A stretch of DNA of 64,000 nucleotides, from NCBI GenBank assembly GCA_964527765.1, contig CAZGQR010000005.1:2402-66401 (forward strand), read 5' to 3'. The notes under the pieces were generated by a model, which was given only the letters and a program-made list of their open reading frames with translations, searched no databases and was not told the DNA's origin. Source of the DNA: an uncultured Planctomycetia bacterium. GTDB lineage: Bacteria; Omnitrophota; Gorgyraeia; Tantalellales; Tantalellaceae. The translations under genes and the position numbers were made by a program. This document shows positions 1 to 11,229 of this stretch, piece after piece (the stretch's first letter is position 1; each line of letters opens with the position of its first letter).

Positions 1-123
1 TTCCGGTGAAGATATGGTTCATCCAGGTACATTATCTGCATCAGGAACATAACATCAAATGACATAAGCAGGAACTTGTGATATTATGATATTAACTTTG
101 GGGCTAAAAACGACAGGCAGGCC

Positions 124-1701
124 ATGACCAACCAAAAACTCATAAAATCGACCGGGATCATAGGCTCCGCGACGATCGTCAGCCGTGTGCTGGGATTTAT
201 CCGCGACGTTCTTTTTGCGAGGCTCTTCGGCACCGATATATTCGCCCAAGCCTTTGTAGTGGCGTTTCGCCTGCCGAATATGCTCCGCGACATGGTCGGA
301 GAAGGGGCTACCGACGCGGCTATCGTACCCATTCTTACAGAGTACAGGCACACGCGCACACCGGAAGAATACTGGGAAGTAGCCCGTATAATATTGAATC
401 TGCTGCTGGCCGTGCTTGTAATATTGTCCATAGCGGGGGCTGTTTTTGCCCCGGCGCTGGTAAGGTTGATAGCGCCTGGGTTTTTGCGTTCTCCCGAGAA
501 ATTCGCTACGACCGTGCTTCTTACCCGCGTGATCTTTCCGTATATTCTCCTGCTCGGGATGGTGGCTTACAGTAAGGGAGTCCTTAACTCGTTCCACTAT
601 TTCACGACACCGGCATTTGCGCCGGTGGTGCTGAACACCACTATGATACTGGCGCTTCTGGCGCTGTGTCCTGTTATAGGCATAAAAGGACTGGTTATCG
701 GTGTCATGCTCGGAGGTATCCTTGAAGTGTTGATGCAGGTCCGGCCGCTGAGGGCGAGGGGCTTTAGATTCGAGAAAGGGTTTCGGCTGATGCATCCCGT
801 CGTCAAAAGGATAGGCCGGCTGCTTCTGCCCCGGGCACTCGGCACGGCGGTTTATCAGCTGAGCGTTCTTATTGATACCGTTCTGGCGTCACTGGCCTGG
901 ATAGTGGGCGCCGGCGGAGTGGCCGCGCTGTATTATTCCAACCGGCTCGTGCAGTTGCCTCTGGCTGTTTTCGGCATCTCGCTTGCTACAGCTGCTTTGC
1001 CGAAAATGAGCAGGGAGGCCGCTTCAAATGACATGGGCAGGCTCAAGGACACCATTTCTTTTTCCTTGAGAGCCGTGTTTACGATAATGATACCCGCGGC
1101 AGTGGGATTAATAATACTGGCTGAACAGATCGTGAGGATACTTTTTCAGAGAGGGGAATTCACGGCATATTCCACGGCGATAACGGCGAGCGCGCTGTTT
1201 TTCTACAGTTTCGGACTTTTCGCGTATGCCGGCATCAAGATCCTTGTAAGCACGTATTATTCCATGGGAGATACCCGTACGCCCGTAAGAACAGCCGCTA
1301 TCTCGCTGGTGGTCAATGTCGTGCTTAACCTGATACTGATGTGGCCGCTCAAGGTCGGCGGGCTCGCCCTGGCTACTTCCATAGCGGCCATGACCAATTT
1401 TACGATACTTTACGTTATACTGGTGAAGCGTATAGGGGACATCGGGACAGCCAGGATACTTTCGTCCCTCGCACGCATATGCGCGGCAGCGGCGATAATG
1501 GGCGTGGTCACATTTACCGCCATGCGTTTTTTCCTGCAGGAAGCCGGTCTTTCGACCATCGCCGCCCTCGCAAGGCTTACAGCGACGATCTTCGCCAGCG
1601 GCATCGTCTATCTTATAACGGCGCATCTGGTCGGGGTAGAAGGCACAAGAAAGCTGTGGATGCTGGTCTTTACCGGAAAAAGGAAGAACAATGGTCACTA
1701 A
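124..1701 (+). CDS. murJ: lipid II flippase MurJ (MviN family)
   Basis: 525-aa polytopic membrane ORF. N-terminus (GSATIVSRVLGFIRDVLFARLFG, RLPNMLRDM) matches the MurJ/MviN family. Confidence 0.85.
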   Translation: MTNQKLIKSTGIIGSATIVSRVLGFIRDVLFARLFGTDIFAQAFVVAFRLPNMLRDMVGEGATDAAIVPILTEYRHTRTPEEYWEVARIILNLLLAVLVILSIAGAVFAPALVRLIAPGFLRSPEKFATTVLLTRVIFPYILLLGMVAYSKGVLNSFHYFTTPAFAPVVLNTTMILALLALCPVIGIKGLVIGVMLGGILEVLMQVRPLRARGFRFEKGFRLMHPVVKRIGRLLLPRALGTAVYQLSVLIDTVLASLAWIVGAGGVAALYYSNRLVQLPLAVFGISLATAALPKMSREAASNDMGRLKDTISFSLRAVFTIMIPAAVGLIILAEQIVRILFQRGEFTAYSTAITASALFFYSFGLFAYAGIKILVSTYYSMGDTRTPVRTAAISLVVNVVLNLILMWPLKVGGLALATSIAAMTNFTILYVILVKRIGDIGTARILSSLARICAAAAIMGVVTFTAMRFFLQEAGLSTIAALARLTATIFASGIVYLITAHLVGVEGTRKLWMLVFTGKRKNNGH

Positions 1702-3118
1702 ATACAAAAAATTAACATCCAAGATACAGGCTCTTCCGGATTCGCCCGGCGTGTACAAATTTCTGGATTCCAGGAGTCGGATCATATATGTAGGCAAAGC
1801 TCGGCGCCTCCGAAAGCGGGTAGCGTCTTACTTTCGGGCCGGTCGCGCAAGGGACAGCCGCATGGAACTTCTGGTGGATGAAGTGCGCGACATCAGGTTC
1901 ATCAGGGCTTCCTCCGAAGCGGAAGCGCTTATATATGAGGCCGGGCTTATAAAGGACCACAGCCCCAAGTTCAATATCGAGCTTAAGGATGATAAATCTT
2001 ATCCTTTTCTCAAGCTGACCGTGAATGAAAAATACCCGAGACTTTTTATGACACGCAGAAGGACAGGTGACGGAGCTCTTTATTACGGGCCATACGTCAA
2101 TGTAAAGTTATTGAAGGAAGCGCTGTCCTTTATGAAAAAAGTCTTCCCGCTGAGGAGTTGCCGCACTCTTCATAAGTCTGTCTGTCTTGAATATCACATC
2201 GGTCAGTGTCTCGGGCCGTGCGAGAAAAAAATATCGGCCAAAGAATATAATAACATAGTGAGCCAGCTGAAAAAGTTCCTGGAAGGCCGAAAGGATGATC
2301 TTACCCGCGATCTGCAGAAACAGATGGACCGGTTTTCCCGGGATCGCGAGTACGAGAAAGCCCTTCACGTAAAGAAACGCATTGAAGCTCTCACGGCCGT
2401 GCAGCAACTTCACGACCGCTCGCAGTACCCCGTGTACGGCGAACTTGACGAGCTCAAGAACACACTGGACCTTCCTTCCTTGCCGATGACGATAGAATGT
2501 TTTGACATATCCAATATCAGCGGGCAGCAATCCGTCGGATCCATGGTAAGATTTACCGCCGGCAGGCCGCGCAGATCCGAATACCGGAAGTTCCGCGTGA
2601 AGGGCGTGAGCGGAATAGATGATTATTCCATGATCCGTGAAGTAGTGCGCAGAAGGTACTCCCGCCTTCTCGGTGAAGCAAAATCCTTGCCGGACCTGGT
2701 GCTGATCGACGGCGGCAGGGGTCATCTTTTTGCGGCCAGGGGCGAGCTCAGCGAACTGGGGCTGAATAGTATCGCAGTGGCAAGTATCGCCAAGGAACAT
2801 AACCACCTTTACGCCGTTTCACGCAGGCACCCCATAAGACTTTCGCCGGGGTCCAGATTGTTATTGCTTATCCAGCGAATAAGGGACGAGGCGCACCGTT
2901 TTGCCATAACCTATCACCGGCGGCTAAGACGAACGGAAAAGTTCGATACGGAATTGAGGAAGATAAAAGGGGTCGGGCAAAAAAGAGAGAAGATGCTTCT
3001 TGGGAGATTCGGAAGCATGGATAACGTGCGCAGGGCTTCTGCGGAAGAAATACGGAAATGCGGTATTGATAGGAGGACGGCACAGGCGATCGCGAGATAT
3101 TTTCGCGCTCACGGGTAG
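1691..3118 (+). CDS. uvrC: excinuclease ABC subunit C (compact, 475 aa)
   Basis: GIY-YIG motif (GVYKFLDSRSRIIYVGKARRLRKR), a UVR domain, an RNase H-like endonuclease region and a C-terminal HhH pair (IKGVGQKREKMLL). Overlaps the murJ stop by 11 nt. Confidence 0.8.
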   Translation: MVTKYKKLTSKIQALPDSPGVYKFLDSRSRIIYVGKARRLRKRVASYFRAGRARDSRMELLVDEVRDIRFIRASSEAEALIYEAGLIKDHSPKFNIELKDDKSYPFLKLTVNEKYPRLFMTRRRTGDGALYYGPYVNVKLLKEALSFMKKVFPLRSCRTLHKSVCLEYHIGQCLGPCEKKISAKEYNNIVSQLKKFLEGRKDDLTRDLQKQMDRFSRDREYEKALHVKKRIEALTAVQQLHDRSQYPVYGELDELKNTLDLPSLPMTIECFDISNISGQQSVGSMVRFTAGRPRRSEYRKFRVKGVSGIDDYSMIREVVRRRYSRLLGEAKSLPDLVLIDGGRGHLFAARGELSELGLNSIAVASIAKEHNHLYAVSRRHPIRLSPGSRLLLLIQRIRDEAHRFAITYHRRLRRTEKFDTELRKIKGVGQKREKMLLGRFGSMDNVRRASAEEIRKCGIDRRTAQAIARYFRAHG

Positions 3119-3169
3119 CTCCGGAGCCGGAGATCCGCATCCCGCGGGGTTTTATTTATTGTTCTTATA

Positions 3170-3178
3170 TGTTATAAT
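3170..3178 (+). promoter_or_regulatory. candidate extended -10 (TGTTATAAT) for prfB
   Basis: TGnTATAAT lies 23 nt upstream of the prfB ATG, after a GC hairpin and T-tract downstream of uvrC. No clear -35. Confidence 0.3.
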
Positions 3179-3200
3179 GCCAGCTACGGAGGAAAAATAT

Positions 3201-4302
3201 ATGATAGACGAACTGCGCAGATCAATAAAGGCCCTGGATATCAAGTTCGAAGAACTCAGGGGGTATCTTTGACCTGGCCGAGAAGACCAAAAAGATAAAA
3301 GAACTCGAACAGCAGCTCGCTAGTCCCGAGATATGGAAAAAAGCGGAAAAAGCCGACAGTCTTTCACGGGAACTCCGCGCGCTCAGATCAATAGTCGGGC
3401 CTTACGATGACTTGAAACAGCGGTACGACGCGTTTAAGGAGCTTTCCGAGATAGTAGAAGCGGAAGATATCTCTTCCATCGGCAGCTTGATGGAAGAGAT
3501 GAAAAAGGTCCAGGATGAGATCGATAAACTTGAGTTTAAATGCATCCTGGGTGACGAGGCCGATAGGTGCAATGCCATCGTGAGTATCAATGCCGGCGCC
3601 GGCGGCACGGAATCCTGTGATTGGGCGTCCATGCTGCTGAGGATGTATCTTCGCTGGGCGGAGAACCACGGCCATTCGTCCGAGGTCATCGATCAGCTCC
3701 CCGGCGAAGAAGCCGGAATAAAGAGCGCGACCTTTATCGTCAAGGGCGATTTCGCGTTCGGTTACCTTAAGGCGGAGACCGGCGTTCACCGGCTGGTCCG
3801 CATTTCTCCGTTTGATTCCAACAAGAGACGGCACACATCGTTTGCGTCAGTTGATGTTGTCCCCGATGTGGATAAGAGCATAAAGATCGATATCAATGAG
3901 AGTGATCTCAGGGTGGATACGTATCGTTCTTCGGGCGCCGGAGGCCAGCACGTCAACGTTACGGATTCCGCTGTCCGGATAACGCATCTGCCTACCGGGA
4001 TCATGGTGCAGTGTCAGAAGGAGCGGTCCCAGCACAAGAACAGGACCACGGCCATGAAGATCCTCAGGGCGCGTTTGTACGAGGAAAAAAGACGTCAGCA
4101 GGAAGAAGAGACCCAAAAGGTCCACGGCGACAAAAAGAAGATAGAGTGGGGCAGCCAGATACGTTCATACGTGCTGCATCCCTACAAGATGGTAAAGGAT
4201 CATCGGACCGGGGAACAGACCTCCAGCGCTGAAAAAGTCCTGGACGGGAACCTGGATGATTTCGTAGAGGCATACTTGAAGAAAACAGCGACGAGAAAAT
4301 AA
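3201..4302 (+). CDS. prfB: peptide chain release factor 2, expressed via +1 programmed ribosomal frameshift (frame 0 3201-3269, frame +1 3271-4302)
   Basis: Two track ORFs (3000..3272 and 3412..4302) join through the canonical site AGGGGG-TAT-CTT-TGA-C: SD-like AGGGGG at 3258-3263, CUU at 3267-3269, in-frame UGA at 3270-3272. The downstream frame carries RF2 motifs (SPF, GGQHVNVTDSAVRITHLPTGI). RBS GGAGGA lies upstream of ATG 3201. Confidence 0.85.
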
Positions 4303-4317
4303 CGGGAGCATAAAAGC

Positions 4318-7300
4318 ATGTTCGGTCTTGTGGCGAAACTGTTGAGGGATATTTTCGGGACGCAGAACGAGCGCGAGCTTGCCAAGCTTGCGCCGCTGGT
4401 CCAGAAAATAAACGCTCTTGAAGCGGAGTTTTCTTCGTTTTCGGATGAAGAGCTGAAGGAAAGGGCGGCCCAGGTCAGGAAGAATCTTATCCTCGCGCGC
4501 AAACAAAATAAACCAGAGGAAGAGAAGATCCGCGAACTCGTAGCTTCGTCTACTTCGGACCAGGAGAGGAACAAGCATAAAAGACGCCTGAAAGAAGCAA
4601 AAAACCGGATACTTGACGACAGTATCCCGGAAGTCTTTGCCGCGGTCAGGGAAGCGGCGAAGAGGACGATAGGCCTCAGACATTTCGATGTCCAGCTTCT
4701 CGGCGGTATCGTGCTGCATCAGGGCAGGATCGCGGAGATGGCGACAGGCGAAGGTAAAACGCTCGTTGCTACTCTGCCGGTCTGCCTGAACGCTTTTGCC
4801 GGAGAAAAAGTTCACGTGGTGACGGTAAATGATTACCTCGCAAAAAGGGACCGCGAGTGGATGGGCCCGGTCTATACCTTTCTGGGCCTTTCGGTGGGAG
4901 TCATACAGAATGACATGAGGTCCGAGGAAAGGAAAAATGTTTACGGATGCGATGTCGTTTACGGGACCAACAACGAATTCGGCTTCGATTACCTGAGAGA
5001 TAACATGGTGGCGGATGAGTCCGATGCGGTTCAGGGACACCTCGGGTTTGCCATAGTTGACGAAGTCGACAGTATCCTCGTCGACGAGGCAAGGACGCCA
5101 TTGATAATATCCGGTCCGGTGGAGGATACGAACGAGGCGTATAATCAGATGAGGCCCGTGGTGCAGGAGATCGTCGGCGCGCAGAGAAGGCTCACGGGCG
5201 ATTATATCTCCCGGTTCCGGATCAACCTGCGCGAGGGCAATGAAGAAGAGGCGGGGCGCCTGCTTTATCTTATTCACAAGGCCGATCCGAAGAACCGGGA
5301 ATTTCTGGACATCGTGCTTAAGGACGGGCGCGCGAAATCCCTGTTTGATAAAACACAGGGCCTTCTGGACGGCAAGGTCATGGAGAAGGAACGCAATGAA
5401 CTTCTTGAAGAGCTTTTCTACGTTTTTGACGAAAAATCGCGCGAGGCGACTTTCAGCGCGAAGGGTCAGAAGATGATGCAGGAGAAGTTCAGCATAGAGT
5501 TCATGCTGGAAGATATCGAGGCCAGACTGGCGGAACTGGCGGATGAGGATATACCGGCGGAAGAAAAGATGGCGCGCGAGACGGAACTGGTATCGTCATA
5601 TGCGGACCAGCAAAGGAAGGTAGAGAGCATCAAGCAGCTGCTGAAGGCCTATATATTGTTCCAGAAGGACGTTGATTACGTTATCAAGGATAACAAGATA
5701 GTCATAGTCGATTCCTTTACCGGAAGAATGATGCCGGGACGCCGCTTTTCGGACGGTATCCACGAGGCGATCGAGGCAAAGGAGCGGGTCGAGGTGCAGA
5801 AAGAGAGCCAGACACTCGCGACCGTTACTCTCCAGAATTACTTTCGCATGTACGATAAACTGGCCGGCATGACGGGTACCGCGAAGACCGAGGAAACGGA
5901 GTTCGAGAATATCTACCTGCTGCCCGTCATACAGGTGCCCACCAACCGCCCGTTGATACGGCTAAGCATGGCGGACCGCATATACAAAACAGAAAAAGAG
6001 AAGTTCGACGCGGTCATCGGAGAGATCGCCCAGTGGCACGAGAAGGGAAGGCCCATGCTGGTCGGGACGGTGTCTATAGAAAAATCCGAACAGCTGAGCC
6101 GATTGCTGAACGCGCGCGGGATCAAACACAATGTCCTGAACGCCAAGTACCACGAGAAAGAGGCGCATATAGTCGCGCAGGCGGGCCGGTACGGGGCGGT
6201 TACCATAGCCACCAACATGGCGGGCCGCGGGACGGACATACTTCTCGGGGGCAATCCTGAATATCTTGCGAATGATGCGGTGGAAAAACTGGAGATAGAT
6301 GATCCTGAGGAAAGAAAGAGAACATTTGAAAAATATCTTGGGGAGTTCAAAACCCAGACGCATCAGGAGCGGGGAAAGGTCCTTGAAGCCGGCGGCTTAC
6401 ACGTGATAGGCACGGAAAGACATGAAGCCCGGAGGATAGATAACCAGCTCCGCGGACGGTCCGGCAGGCAGGGCGATCCCGGTTCCAGCAGATTTTATCT
6501 TTCACTGGAGGACGACCTTATGAGGATCTTCGGGTCCGACAGGATAAAAGGCATCATGGACCGCCTGGGCATGGAGGAAGGGGAGGTCATCGAGAACCCG
6601 CTTGTTACGCGCGCCGTGATGACAGCGCAGCGCAGGGTAGAATCCCAGAACTTCGAGATCAGAAAACACCTTCTTAAGTATGACAATGTCATGAACCAGC
6701 AGAGGGAGGTCGTATATAAGAGGCGACGCATGATACTTACGGGCAAGGACCTGAAGGAAGAGTTCTTTGAGTGTCTTTCCGTCGGCCTGGAATCGCTTCT
6801 CGAGAACTGGGAAGAGGCGCCCGAAGCAGATCTTCTCGCGAAAAACGTCATGTATCGTTACGCGGTAAACGTCAAACCCGATTCGCTCGAAGGCAGGTCG
6901 GCGCAGGACGTCATGGAACTTATAAAGGAGATCGCGGAAAAGGGTTATTCCGCAAGAGAGAAATTTCTCGGAGAGGAGAGGATGCGGGAGCTCGAAAAAA
7001 TGGTTATGCTTTCCGCGATAGATTCGAATTGGAAAGAATATCTGAGGGAGATCGACGATCTCAGAGAAGGGATATCCTGGCGGGCGTACGCACAGAAGGA
7101 TCCTCTGATCGAATTTCAGCACGAGGCGTTCCGGATGTTCGCGGATCTTATGATAAAAGTGGATGAACAAACGGCCGAACGGATCATGAAGATCTCCGCC
7201 ATGGAGGAGCAATACAAAAGACAAGTTTTCCGGCCCGAGAAAGAGACTTTCCAGCACAGGGGATATTCCGCCATCGGAACACCCTCGGCCGGTCAGGACG

Positions 7301-7470
7301 ATGTTTATGACAAAGGGCCTGTCAGCGGCCCGGCGGAGATGTTCGCTCCGGAGGAGGGCGGTAAGCCGGAAGAGACATACCGCCGCAGCGCGCCGAAAGT
7401 CGGACGCAACGACCCCTGTCCGTGCGGCAGCGGGAAGAAATACAAGAAGTGTTGTGGCAGGGACGCGTAG
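4318..7470 (+). CDS. secA: preprotein translocase ATPase SecA (long form, 1050 aa)
   Basis: N-terminus [28 protein letters not shown]-like motor motifs ([24 protein letters not shown]), C-terminal zinc-binding tail [14 protein letters not shown]. Confidence 0.95.
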   Translation: MFGLVAKLLRDIFGTQNERELAKLAPLVQKINALEAEFSSFSDEELKERAAQVRKNLILARKQNKPEEEKIRELVASSTSDQERNKHKRRLKEAKNRILDDSIPEVFAAVREAAKRTIGLRHFDVQLLGGIVLHQGRIAEMATGEGKTLVATLPVCLNAFAGEKVHVVTVNDYLAKRDREWMGPVYTFLGLSVGVIQNDMRSEERKNVYGCDVVYGTNNEFGFDYLRDNMVADESDAVQGHLGFAIVDEVDSILVDEARTPLIISGPVEDTNEAYNQMRPVVQEIVGAQRRLTGDYISRFRINLREGNEEEAGRLLYLIHKADPKNREFLDIVLKDGRAKSLFDKTQGLLDGKVMEKERNELLEELFYVFDEKSREATFSAKGQKMMQEKFSIEFMLEDIEARLAELADEDIPAEEKMARETELVSSYADQQRKVESIKQLLKAYILFQKDVDYVIKDNKIVIVDSFTGRMMPGRRFSDGIHEAIEAKERVEVQKESQTLATVTLQNYFRMYDKLAGMTGTAKTEETEFENIYLLPVIQVPTNRPLIRLSMADRIYKTEKEKFDAVIGEIAQWHEKGRPMLVGTVSIEKSEQLSRLLNARGIKHNVLNAKYHEKEAHIVAQAGRYGAVTIATNMAGRGTDILLGGNPEYLANDAVEKLEIDDPEERKRTFEKYLGEFKTQTHQERGKVLEAGGLHVIGTERHEARRIDNQLRGRSGRQGDPGSSRFYLSLEDDLMRIFGSDRIKGIMDRLGMEEGEVIENPLVTRAVMTAQRRVESQNFEIRKHLLKYDNVMNQQREVVYKRRRMILTGKDLKEEFFECLSVGLESLLENWEEAPEADLLAKNVMYRYAVNVKPDSLEGRSAQDVMELIKEIAEKGYSAREKFLGEERMRELEKMVMLSAIDSNWKEYLREIDDLREGISWRAYAQKDPLIEFQHEAFRMFADLMIKVDEQTAERIMKISAMEEQYKRQVFRPEKETFQHRGYSAIGTPSAGQDDVYDKGPVSGPAEMFAPEEGGKPEETYRRSAPKVGRNDPCPCGSGKKYKKCCGRDA

Positions 7471-7471
7471 C

Positions 7472-8998
7472 ATGAAAGATATCGCACGGAACACATCTCT
7501 CGCCGCTCTGTCAGGGATCCTGGCCTTTCTGGCTTTCCCTCCGTTCGAACTTACCTTCCTGGGATGGATATGTCTTGTCCCGCTCCTGCTCGTCATTAAA
7601 AAAAACAGCTCCGGGCGGAATTTCTGGTACGCGTACCTGTCCGGCGTGGTGTTTTTCGGGTGCCTTTTGTACTGGCTCGTGAACGTGAGCGTGCCCGGCA
7701 TGGTGATACTCGTGGTTATCCTTTCTGTTTTTTACGGGGTTTTCGGGCTTTTGGCAGGATATGTCCTGAAGTATTCCATGGACCTTTTACTATTTCCTTT
7801 CATATGGGTGGTACTGGAGTACATCCGCAGCAATCTATTCACGGGTTTTCCCTGGGGCCTTCTCGGCTACACGCAGTACAGGAACATCAATCTCATCCAG
7901 ATCGCGGATATCACCGGCGCATACGGGATCTCCTTTCTGCTGGTCGTCTTTAACGCGGCAGCATTCGCCTGGATCAGCCGTTCCGGCAGGAAGATCGCCT
8001 ATATGATGGTGGCGCTGCTCTTCATTATAGCGGCGACCTCTTACGGCATGTACCGATTCAACAATTATTATATCTGGGGCAGCCCGCGCATGAGCGTCGT
8101 TCAGGGGAATATCCCCCAGCAGTATAAATGGGACGAGAAGTTCGCTAAAGATATCATAAAAGAATACAGCAGACTGACAAGGGAAGCGGCGGAGGACGAT
8201 CCGGACATGATAATATGGCCCGAAACCGCCTATCCGTACCTTGTCGAGGGAAAGGACAGGCCGGCCGGCCAGATCAGCGCCCTTGCTTCCGAACAGGGGA
8301 TCCCCATACTGACCGGGATCGTATACGCCGAAGGCGGCACTTATTACAACAGCGCCGCGGTCTTTGACGGGAAGGAGGAACTGGCCGATGTTTACAACAA
8401 GGTCCATCTTGTTCCTTTCGGGGAGTACGTTCCGTTCGAAAGGTCCCTGTCTTTTCTGAGGGACTACATAGATAAGCCCATAGGCGATTTTGCGGAAGGC
8501 AAAGAGTATACGCTTTTTCCGGTAAAGTCGGTAAGGTCGTTGACCGCGGCAGACGGATCGATACAGCGCCGGATAAATTTTTACAAGTTCGGCGTTCTGA
8601 TATGCTTCGAGGACATATTCCCGTACATCACGAGAGAATTTGTGCGGAAGGGGGCCAATTTCGTGGTCAACATCACCAACGACGCGTGGTTCGGCGATAC
8701 GGCCGCTCCCAGACAGCATCTGCAGTCATCGGTTTTCAGGGCGGTGGAGAACAGGGTCCCGGTGATACGCGCCGCCAATACCGGTATTTCGTGTTTCGTG
8801 GATTCCACGGGCAAGGTCCTCTCGAGCGTGGAAGCGGAGGGAAAAGAGGTCCTGGTCAGCGGTTTTGCCACGAGCAACGTGGACATATACGCCGGCCGCA
8901 GCGTTTACACGGTGTACGGCGACATCTTCGTGTATTTCTGCGGTTTCATGATGGCCCTTCTTTTTATCATGGAAGGGTTCTTCCTGAAGAAAGAATAA
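7472..8998 (+). CDS. lnt: apolipoprotein N-acyltransferase
   Basis: N-terminal multi-TM region followed by a CN-hydrolase domain (ICFEDIFP, NITNDAWFG). Start ATG at 7472, immediately after the secA stop; the track ORF 7301 start would overlap secA. Confidence 0.8.
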   Translation: MKDIARNTSLAALSGILAFLAFPPFELTFLGWICLVPLLLVIKKNSSGRNFWYAYLSGVVFFGCLLYWLVNVSVPGMVILVVILSVFYGVFGLLAGYVLKYSMDLLLFPFIWVVLEYIRSNLFTGFPWGLLGYTQYRNINLIQIADITGAYGISFLLVVFNAAAFAWISRSGRKIAYMMVALLFIIAATSYGMYRFNNYYIWGSPRMSVVQGNIPQQYKWDEKFAKDIIKEYSRLTREAAEDDPDMIIWPETAYPYLVEGKDRPAGQISALASEQGIPILTGIVYAEGGTYYNSAAVFDGKEELADVYNKVHLVPFGEYVPFERSLSFLRDYIDKPIGDFAEGKEYTLFPVKSVRSLTAADGSIQRRINFYKFGVLICFEDIFPYITREFVRKGANFVVNITNDAWFGDTAAPRQHLQSSVFRAVENRVPVIRAANTGISCFVDSTGKVLSSVEAEGKEVLVSGFATSNVDIYAGRSVYTVYGDIFVYFCGFMMALLFIMEGFFLKKE

Positions 8999-9012
8999 CA
9001 CCCCGGGTAAGA

Positions 9013-10545
9013 TCATACCCACAGGTTCCTGTCCAGGCAACGGTACCCGACCGCCTCCGAGATGTGGTGCGATTCGATCATCTCCGACCCGTCCATGTCC
9101 GCGATCGTACGCGAGATCTTAAGTATCTTATCATAGGCTCTCGCGCTGATGCCAAGTTCAAGGATCGCCGTTTTTAAAAGTTCCTCCGCCTCATTTGACA
9201 GGATGCAAAAATTTTCGGTTTCCCGGGGATTCATATACGCGTTATATGCCGAGTGAGCCGACTTTTCCCTGAATCTTTTTTTCTGGATCTTTTTGCTTTT
9301 GATCACGCGTTTCTTTATAGCCAGGGAGCGTTCCCCGCTTCTTCGTTTTGAGAGCTGCTCGTAATTCAGGCGCGGGACTTCAAGATGAATATCGATCCTG
9401 TCCAATAGAGGCCCGGAGATCTTGGAAAGGTACCGCTGTATCTGGTGAGGAGTGCACTGGCATCTCTTGTGGGGATCCGTAAAGTACCCGCACGGGCACG
9501 GGTTCATGGCGGCTATAAGGATAAAGCGCGAGGGATACTTGAGCGTTCGTTCGACTCTGGCTATGGTGATCTCTCCAGATTCAAGCGGCTGGCGGAGCGT
9601 CTCGAGCACGTCCCGACGGAATTCGGGAAATTCGTCAAGAAAAAGCACTCCGTTATGGGCGAGACTTATTTCACCAGGTACCGGGCGGGATCTGCCGCCA
9701 GCCATGGCCGCGTACGATATCGTGTGATGGGGGCAGCGGACCGGCCGTTCACTTATGAGGCCGTCCGTTTTCAGCCGGCCGGCTATGCTGTAGATATTGG
9801 TCACTTCGAGCGCTTCCTCCGGTGAAAGATCCGGAAGAATAGTGGGGAATCTTTTTGCAAGCATGCTCTTGCCCGAACCGGGCGGTCCCAGCAACAGGAC
9901 GTTATGTCCGCCGCTGGCAGCGACTTCCATGCCTCGCTTAACATGCTCCTGTCCCTTAACGTCTTTAAAATCCAGGTTATCGTGTGATCCTTTTTTTTCA
10001 AGGCTTTTTTCCCGCGGGTTTACGATATCAAGGGTATCCGTTCCCTTGATATGATCGATCACTTTTCGCAGGGTGGGCGTGCCGTAAACGGAGATACCTT
10101 TTACGTTAGCCGCCTCCCGGGCGTTGCTTTCCGGCAGGATAAAAGCCCTGCCTTTTTTCTTCAGGGCTATAGCGATAGGCAGAGCCCCGCGGAAAGGTTT
10201 AAGCCTGCCGTTCAGGGAAAGCTCGCCGCACAGCAAGAGCCCTTCAAGCTCTTCCTGTTTGATCAGCCCCGTCGCGGCGAGAATACCGATCGCGATGGGA
10301 AGATCGAAACCGACGCCCTCTTTCTTTATGTCGGCCGGGGAAAGATTGACGGTTATTTTTCTCTCGGGAAAAATAAAGCCGGAATTCCTGATAGCGGAGC
10401 GGATGCGATCCCGGCTTTCTCTTATGGAGGTGTCGGGAAGGCCGACAACGCAAAAAGAAGGAAGGCCGTTTGAGACATCAACTTCAACATCGATGTGGTA
10501 GGCGTCGATCCCCATGACGCATCCGGAGTTGACTTTTGCTAACAT
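9013..10545 (-). CDS. comM: Mg-chelatase-like AAA+ ATPase ComM/YifB
   Basis: 510 aa with an N-terminal Lon-like domain (GVGFDLPIAIGILAA), Walker A GPPGSGKSM, and a C-terminal ChlI/MCM-like region. Confidence 0.85.
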   Translation of the reverse strand: MLAKVNSGCVMGIDAYHIDVEVDVSNGLPSFCVVGLPDTSIRESRDRIRSAIRNSGFIFPERKITVNLSPADIKKEGVGFDLPIAIGILAATGLIKQEELEGLLLCGELSLNGRLKPFRGALPIAIALKKKGRAFILPESNAREAANVKGISVYGTPTLRKVIDHIKGTDTLDIVNPREKSLEKKGSHDNLDFKDVKGQEHVKRGMEVAASGGHNVLLLGPPGSGKSMLAKRFPTILPDLSPEEALEVTNIYSIAGRLKTDGLISERPVRCPHHTISYAAMAGGRSRPVPGEISLAHNGVLFLDEFPEFRRDVLETLRQPLESGEITIARVERTLKYPSRFILIAAMNPCPCGYFTDPHKRCQCTPHQIQRYLSKISGPLLDRIDIHLEVPRLNYEQLSKRRSGERSLAIKKRVIKSKKIQKKRFREKSAHSAYNAYMNPRETENFCILSNEAEELLKTAILELGISARAYDKILKISRTIADMDGSEMIESHHISEAVGYRCLDRNLWV

Positions 10546-10567
10546 TTGCAGCTCCTTTCCCGGCGGT

Positions 10568-10939
10568 TCAATGTAATTCGATTATATTTTTCACATGATG
10601 TAGTGATCGCAATTTTCCGCGCACGTCCAGCTTGACGGCAATGGCATCAACACGGCACGGCCCGTTGCATAAATCATATCTTTTAAGGTAATATTGGCAG
10701 TTTTTCAAAATGTGTTCCTGTTTTGTTCTGGTTATCGAGGAAAGAGGCGGTCCGAACCTTTCCGATGTCCGCGTTTTGACTTCCAGGAAAATAATGCAGC
10801 CGTTTCGCTCCGCTACCAGGTCGATCTCGCCGAACGGAGCGCGAAAATTCCTGTCCAGGATCGAGAAACCTCTTGAAACGAGAAATCTTTCGGCCATTTT
10901 CTCGCCGAGTTTTCCGGTATGCTGCCGGGACCGCCTCAT
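10568..10939 (-). CDS. yraN: YraN family endonuclease (UPF0102)
   Basis: 123 aa; GEIDLVAERNGCIIFLEVKTR is the typical UPF0102 core. Confidence 0.7.
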   Translation of the reverse strand: MRRSRQHTGKLGEKMAERFLVSRGFSILDRNFRAPFGEIDLVAERNGCIIFLEVKTRTSERFGPPLSSITRTKQEHILKNCQYYLKRYDLCNGPCRVDAIAVKLDVRGKLRSLHHVKNIIELH

Positions 10940-10950
10940 CGTGATCCTCC

Positions 10951-11229
10951 TTATTTTTTTACTGTTTCCTGTTCAGCGTAGCTTTCAAGCACCAGCTCCT
11001 GCAGGCCCTTGCGCATTTCCCTGGAAACGGGATGAAAGGTATCGTACCATTTGCCGTCACGCCCCTGCTGTTGGGGCATGCCCACAAAAAGGCCGTCCTT
11101 ACCCTGCACGACCCTCAGACCCTTTACCAGGAAAGCGTCCAGTATCAGCAGGTCGCAGAACGCTTTTGTCGGGCCTTCGCCTTCCAGCGCGTGGATCCGT
11201 TCAACCTTAACAACCGGTTTACTGTTCAT
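10951..11229 (-). CDS. spoVG: SpoVG family protein
   Basis: 92 aa from the internal ATG at 11229, which has a GGAGGT RBS. The DGKWYDTFHP motif matches SpoVG. The longer track ORF to 11304 lacks an RBS. Confidence 0.75.
   Translation of the reverse strand: MNSKPVVKVERIHALEGEGPTKAFCDLLILDAFLVKGLRVVQGKDGLFVGMPQQQGRDGKWYDTFHPVSREMRKGLQELVLESYAEQETVKK

Noticed and set aside
3000-4302. Two separate small genes at the prfB locus (3000..3272 and 3412..4302)
   Set aside because: They are joined by the canonical RF2 +1 frameshift site, so they are called as a single prfB starting at 3201.
4165-5277. Long minus-strand ORFs antisense to secA, with similar ones at 6502..7701, 13569..14228, 14340..15203, 16463..18064, 20005..21042, 22607..24391, 29138..30124, 37246..38388, 40102..41436, 44647..45696, 46800..47684 and 51533..52924
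   Set aside because: They lie entirely within well-supported plus-strand genes with recognisable motifs. The antisense translations have no motifs and are Arg/Pro-rich, typical of shadow ORFs in GC-rich DNA.
7301-7471. Upstream start for lnt at 7301 (565-aa form)
   Set aside because: It would overlap the last 170 nt of secA in another frame with an Arg-rich, low-complexity translation. ATG 7472 directly follows the secA stop.
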